Source: Selaginella moellendorffii (lineage: Eukaryota; Plantae; Lycopodiophyta). From it: DNA of 64,000 nt. Position 1 is the first letter of the stretch. Every line of letters begins with the position of its first letter. Under the pieces are notes generated by a model. The model was not told the DNA's origin and did not search any database. It was given only the letters and a program-made list of their open reading frames with translations. The stretch spans positions 5,225,876 through 5,289,875 of the forward strand of contig NW_003314262.1 in the NCBI RefSeq assembly GCF_000143415.4, read 5' to 3'. Position numbers and translations under genes: made by a program. Positions 58,527 through 64,000 of this stretch are shown here, in pieces.

Positions 58527-59479
58527 CCCCAAGCCTCCCTTAGTATCAGGAGTTAGTCTCTGGGACAAACTCAAAACTTACTAAATATGGAATATTCCTA
58601 GATTCCAAATTTGGACACAGGACGAACACCATTGTGTTCAGAACAATCTCTACATTCCATAGATATGCCAAATGAGCAAATCTGGACACTTTCCATAAAT
58701 AGCATTTGGGACCGAAATGAGACTAACACAAAGGGCATGATAGCGAGGGTGTTTGGCAGATACAGTAAGCTATCATCTAGCGATATTGAGGGACCAATCT
58801 CAATATTGCGGGAGTTCTTGATACTAGCAAGTGCAAGCCAATGACAGGAGTTTCTCAAACCAGGCCGAGTATGCTCAGCAAGAAACACATAGGGTTCCTA
58901 TCTTATGTTTATCCGATTTAAGTACACGATCATTGACCAATTTCTCAACTAGCCCAAGTGGGAAACTGATAATGGGTCCAGCAATATTGACCTCCTGCCA
59001 TTGTGGTAGTAAGGTAAGAGTGTCCATAAGGACTAGCCGACAGGTAACTTTCAATACCCGAAGTCATATTCGTGACAAATATAAAACTATTTTAGAGAAG
59101 ATATATATCTAATGATATGAATACTAATAATTGATAAAATTTAAAAAATCACTTTAATAAAAATAAAGTAATAAATTATCTAGATGATTATAAATAAAAA
59201 CATAAATTTAATGACATAAATATAATTATAGATAAAATAAATTAAAAATATTAATAATTATATTTATATTATAAATATATTTTACAGCTGAGAATATTAA
59301 TTTTTAAATATAAAATAAAAAATATGAATATATAGAATATGGAAATTAAATACAGAAATTTGCATATCAATTAGCCTAAAAACCCTCTCAAAATAATGAA
59401 AGATTATCAAGGTTCTCTTGTAGACATGTCGGGATCTGGTGAAACATCAAGAGGAGGCATTGGTGGATTTGTATATGGT

Positions 59480-62400
59480 ATTAGTTATTCTTGATCCCTT
59501 TATACAAAGCGTTTCAATTGCTGCACATGCACAATTTCTAAAGGATCGACCTGTTAGACATCATGCCGAACCTCATAAACTTGTGGTTCAACTTCCACAA
59601 CACCCAATATAGTCCTTTCCACTAAGCAAGGAGCCTTTTAGATAAATCACATACTGTAAGATAGGGAAAATAAACTAACACCAAATCATCCACTTTATAC
59701 TCCGCAAGTAGATAATGATGGGAGTTGTAATGCCATTGTTATCCCACTTGTACGTGGTTTAGGTGTTCAGCAAACTCTGCTTGGATAAGTGGAAGAATGC
59801 TCATCAAATACTAATCTCACAATCTAGCATCGGCAACTCATGGCAACTGCAAAGGTAAACTTAACTCCATTGGTAATATTGGATCATGACCATATAAGAG
59901 TTTATATGGTGAAGCGCCAACAGAACTTTACACCCCTATGATATATGCATACCAAAGAGACAGCAAATAACCATCCCAATCCGAATGCTGAAAGTTCACA
60001 TACTTTGCAATCATCTCTTTGAAAGTCCAAATAAACTATTCCACCAAACCGTCTAACTGTGGATGATAAAAACTTGTGAAAGTATGGTGTATCCCCAACT
60101 AAGACTCAAAAAATGAAATGCCTCAAACATAAATGCGGGATCATTATCCAAAAGAATCTGCTCTGGACAAAAATATTGGAACACCACTCGATTGAAAAAG
60201 TATTCAATAGTAGTTGTAGAGGCACTAGCAAGAGCACCAACTTCCACCTAACGAGTCAAATAGTCAAAAGCAATAATAACATATTCATTGCCACCAGTCG
60301 ATCGTGGAAAAGGTCCCATAAAATTAAACACCACCAACTCAAATGGACGGGAAATTGCAATTGACTCCAACCGTCCTTCCGCGGCACAAGTGGGAGTATT
60401 ATGAGCTTAGCTCCAAATGCATCTATGCACATACTAGATAATATCATGTCACATGTCTAGCCAATAGAAAGACTTGTGCAGCTTCTCAGTCACACGACAA
60501 TATCCCATATGCCTACCTAGAGTAAAAGAATCATAGTAGGCATGGAGAAACCATGGAATAAATATGGAATGTACCACCAGCCATAAATGATCATCAAAAT
60601 CCGTTTCCACAAAATAAAAAAAGCCATCTTCAAGGTGATATTGAGAATATAAATGCCGGAACAGCAAGTTATTAGCAAGTGATGCAGGATTCTCAAACCC
60701 TTCTCGAAGCCTTTGAATCCATGGCTCAAGTTTTTGAACCTCGCGAATTTCATCAGGAAAAGGTAGATCTTGCTCTACACCTTGTGGACATTAAACATTA
60801 AGTACAATAACCATCGATAGCACCAACTTCCATCTAGCGAGTCAAGTAGTCAAAAGCCATAATAATATACTCATTGCCAATAATCGATCGTGAAAAAAGT
60901 CCCATAAGATCAAACGCTACCAACTCAAACGGATGGAAAATTACAATTGACTTCAACCATCTTTCTACAGCACGAGAGGGAGTATTACAAGCTTGACACC
61001 AAATGTAGTGATACACATACTAGATAACATCACGTTGCATCTTTGGCCAATAGAAAGACCAACATAGCTTTTTGGTCACATGACGATATTCCATATACCC
61101 ATCTAGAATAGGAGAATTATGGTACGGAAAAACCGTGGAATAAAGATTAAAGGCACCACCAGCTGTAAATGATCATTATGATCCATCCCCACAAATAAAC
61201 AAGACTATTTTCAAGGTGATATTAAAAATGTAAATGCCAAAATGGCAAGTTATTAGTAAGTGATACAAGATTCTCAAACCCCTCTCAAAGCCTTCAAATC
61301 CACGACTCAATCTTTTGAGCCTCACGAACCTCATCAAGAGAAGTAGGTCTTGCTCTATACCTTGTGAACACTAAATGTTAAATACAGAAACTACCAATAA
61401 CACATAATCCTTGTCTAGAAAATTCACAGATGTTGGAACAATAGACTTGTCAAAAACATAAGAAGAAAGTGAAGAAGAAAGAGGAGTTTAAGAAAGGGCA
61501 TCAACATTAGCCATAGAACTCCCCAAGTGATGAACAACATCAAAATTATATATTTGAAGCTTCAAAGCACACTAAGCAATATGACCAACCAGGTTTTTCC
61601 ACTTCAATAATGAAGTAACGGTAGCATGATCACCTTTTAGTAACATTCGAGAACCATGTAAATATGCATGAAATTTCTTAAAACCCCAAACTGCTGCTAA
61701 ACACTCCTTCTTTATCATGGAATAATTCACCTTTGTTGATTGTAATGTATAGTTGATGTATGCAATGGGATGGTGCTGACTAAATACACTCGGGCTCTTT
61801 TGCATCAACACACCTCCAAAACTAATATCAGAAGCATTTAGGTGCAAAATGAAACGTTAAGTATATTAAGGATATGCCAAAACCGAAGGAGTTGTTAATA
61901 GCTTTTTGAGATCCATGAACGCCCACTCACAGTCTGCAAGCCAAATGAAACACGATGTTGATGACTTTAGCAATGCTTGCAATAGTGTAGTGCAATCAAA
62001 AAAATTATCTACAAAACAACCAAGATATTGCACTTGCTTAGAAAGTGCTACATTTCATTCATACACTTTGGAGTAAGAAACTTTAGAATAGCCACAAGTT
62101 TGTCAGAATCAAGTTATAAACCCTCATAAGAAATATGATACCCAAGATAAGATATGTCCTTGGATCCAAACACACACTTCGACCACTTTAGCTTTAAACC
62201 AACATCCCGTAGCTAATACAACACTTTATGAATATCACGAATGTGTTCCTCATATGTCCCCTCCGAGTGGATCAAAACATCATCAATGAAGTTAGCAGTC
62301 ACTTCTAGCATATTGCAAAGAACCTCGTCCATTATTCACTAGAAAGTTGTTGAAGTACTGTTCAAACTAAATAGCATCACCAAAAACTTGTAAAAACCAA

Positions 62401-64000
62401 ACAGTGTATAAAAAGAAGTCTTAGAAATATCTTCTTCGGCCATCAGTACTTGCCAACACCCAAAAGCAATATTTAACTTGGTGAACCAACAACTTCTCCC
62501 TAAATGATCCAAAAGATCAACAATATGAGGAAAAGGGTACACATCCAGGATCGTCACTTCATTTAATGGACAATAGTCGATGCAAAAACGAATATTCCCA
62601 TTAGGCTTCGTCACAATATGAGGTTCACATACCCAAGGACTCCATAACTTTCAAATAACAGCCTTTTCTAACATTTCCTTGATGTTTGCATGTAAAATCA
62701 TGATCTCTTTGGGTTACTAATGATGAACAAGAACCTTAATTAGACGAGCATTCCCGGTTGGAATCAGATGATATATGGCAATCTTGACCCCAGACAATAG
62801 ATCAAATTCAAAGAGATTAGCATACTCCATGAGCCAGTCAACTATTGCAATACAAAAATTGTTGGAGGGATCGGAAAAGGGAAGAGCAAAACAAGACAGA
62901 AACATAAAAGGAAGTAGTGGGGAGACAAAAGTAATTAAAGTAAAAATAGAAACAAAAGAACAAAAAGGTATAGAAATAAGAGGAATAAATGAAATATAAA
63001 GAAGTATGAAATAAGCGGGAGAAGCCTCAAAGTCACATTTGGTATGATTGCACTACAACCAATCCATACCAAGGATGAGGTCAAAAGTTTGACTCAGCAC
63101 CACCCACAATAACTACAACTCAAGCTTGAGATCGCCCACACACACAATTAAGTCCGCCTCATCTCGTGCACATGCATGTGTATAGCCGTTGCCATAAAGA
63201 ATGAAAACTCACTCTACTGCACGACACAAATGTAAACAACAACGTGTGGCAATAGGTTGAGCAATAAAAAATAAACTTGAACTTGTATCAACCAACACGG
63301 AGAGAATAATAGAAGACCTCTTATTATAAAAATGAGCTTGGAAAGTAAACATTAGATGAACTGGTGCCGAGTGAACCCCATGATGATACTCCCAAAAAAA
63401 AGATGGAGGGGTCATTAACTTATTCGCACAAGGTCCCACCATTAATCGTGTGACTCCTCGTTTCCTGGATACATCTCAATGTCCAAACCTTCCATTACAG
63501 TAGCACTAATAGAACGTTGTTGACACCAAGGTCTCCACCCAGAAAATGGAGGTTGCCTATCTGAAAAACATCGATAACACCGATAAGTGTGACAAACTTC
63601 ATCACACACCCAATAGTGAACATCATGGCCACAACCACGTCCTCGCCCTTGTCCTTAAACTCGAGTAACAACAACATCAACCTCCATTGAAACAGGACCA
63701 TCGCCCATAGAAAGTGGAGCTGAAGGATGTGCAGCAAGAAGTGGAAGATGTGACATCTCATAATGTTGTGCCAAGCGAAGAGCATCGTCAAGGGTGGCGG
63801 GCACAAATGCATGCACAAAGCCGACAAAATCTTGACAAAGTGTTAGCCACAACATTCCTAAATTGATCTAATCTAACATATTTGGCTCCGCACAAAGCAA
63901 GAAGCTTTGGAAACGAATATCAAATTGCATTACTAACTCAGATAGCCTTTGATGAAAATGATGCAATTGTTAAAAAGCATCATCACAATCGTTAGCACAT
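59480..64000 (-). mobile_element. Highly degenerate Ty3/gypsy internal region (gag, PR, RT, RH, IN), running off the window end
   Basis: Fragments PATLDDA..PVSMEVD (gag), VLVDTSSS (protease), KPNGNIRFCIDY..LN..DVYPFP (RT), LNASDISFGGVLMQ..NYSMIKKECLAAVW (RNase H) and PFELVAFDLMG (integrase), with many stops. Confidence 0.9.

Noticed and set aside
58560-59110. Short ORFs between the LTR and integrase of the old gypsy element (possible env-like or captured gene)
   Set aside because: They are fragmentary with no recognisable motif, so no call can be supported.

Overview
Eukaryotic plant nuclear DNA, very gene-dense, with mostly 50-70 bp GT-AG introns and short intergenic spaces. This style, a flagellar/basal-body NME7 gene, a PLS-class PPR gene and a chromodomain Ty3/gypsy element point to a seed-free vascular plant, most likely Selaginella (inference, not verified). 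About 21 intact host genes can be assembled by hand: peroxisomal LACS, PTEN2, L18a-like membrane protein, DOMON-cytochrome b561, erlin, WRKY IIb, RINT1/MAG2, RMD1/RRG, BAT1, methionine gamma-lyase, a C2 protein, STR11, RPL17, tetraspanin, spinster, KHE1-like, NME7, PPR, RING-H2, LRRC57, an X8 protein, plus two small unknowns. They are interrupted by AT-rich or repeat islands at 1-1400, 17390-26830, 37690-40410 and 56800-64000. Highlights: (1) a structurally complete chromovirus with GGCCC target-site duplication, a self-priming (tRNA-independent) primer site and a G-GGA-AAC slippery site plus pseudoknot; (2) an ORF-invisible cluster of one H/ACA and two C/D snoRNAs in a 3'-UTR intron; (3) two very AT-rich, intronless bulb-type lectin genes that share an unrecognised N-terminal domain, each followed by a decayed copy of a neighbouring host gene segment. 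Exon boundaries and rRNA targets were read by eye, and rRNA sequences were recalled from memory. No database search was run.
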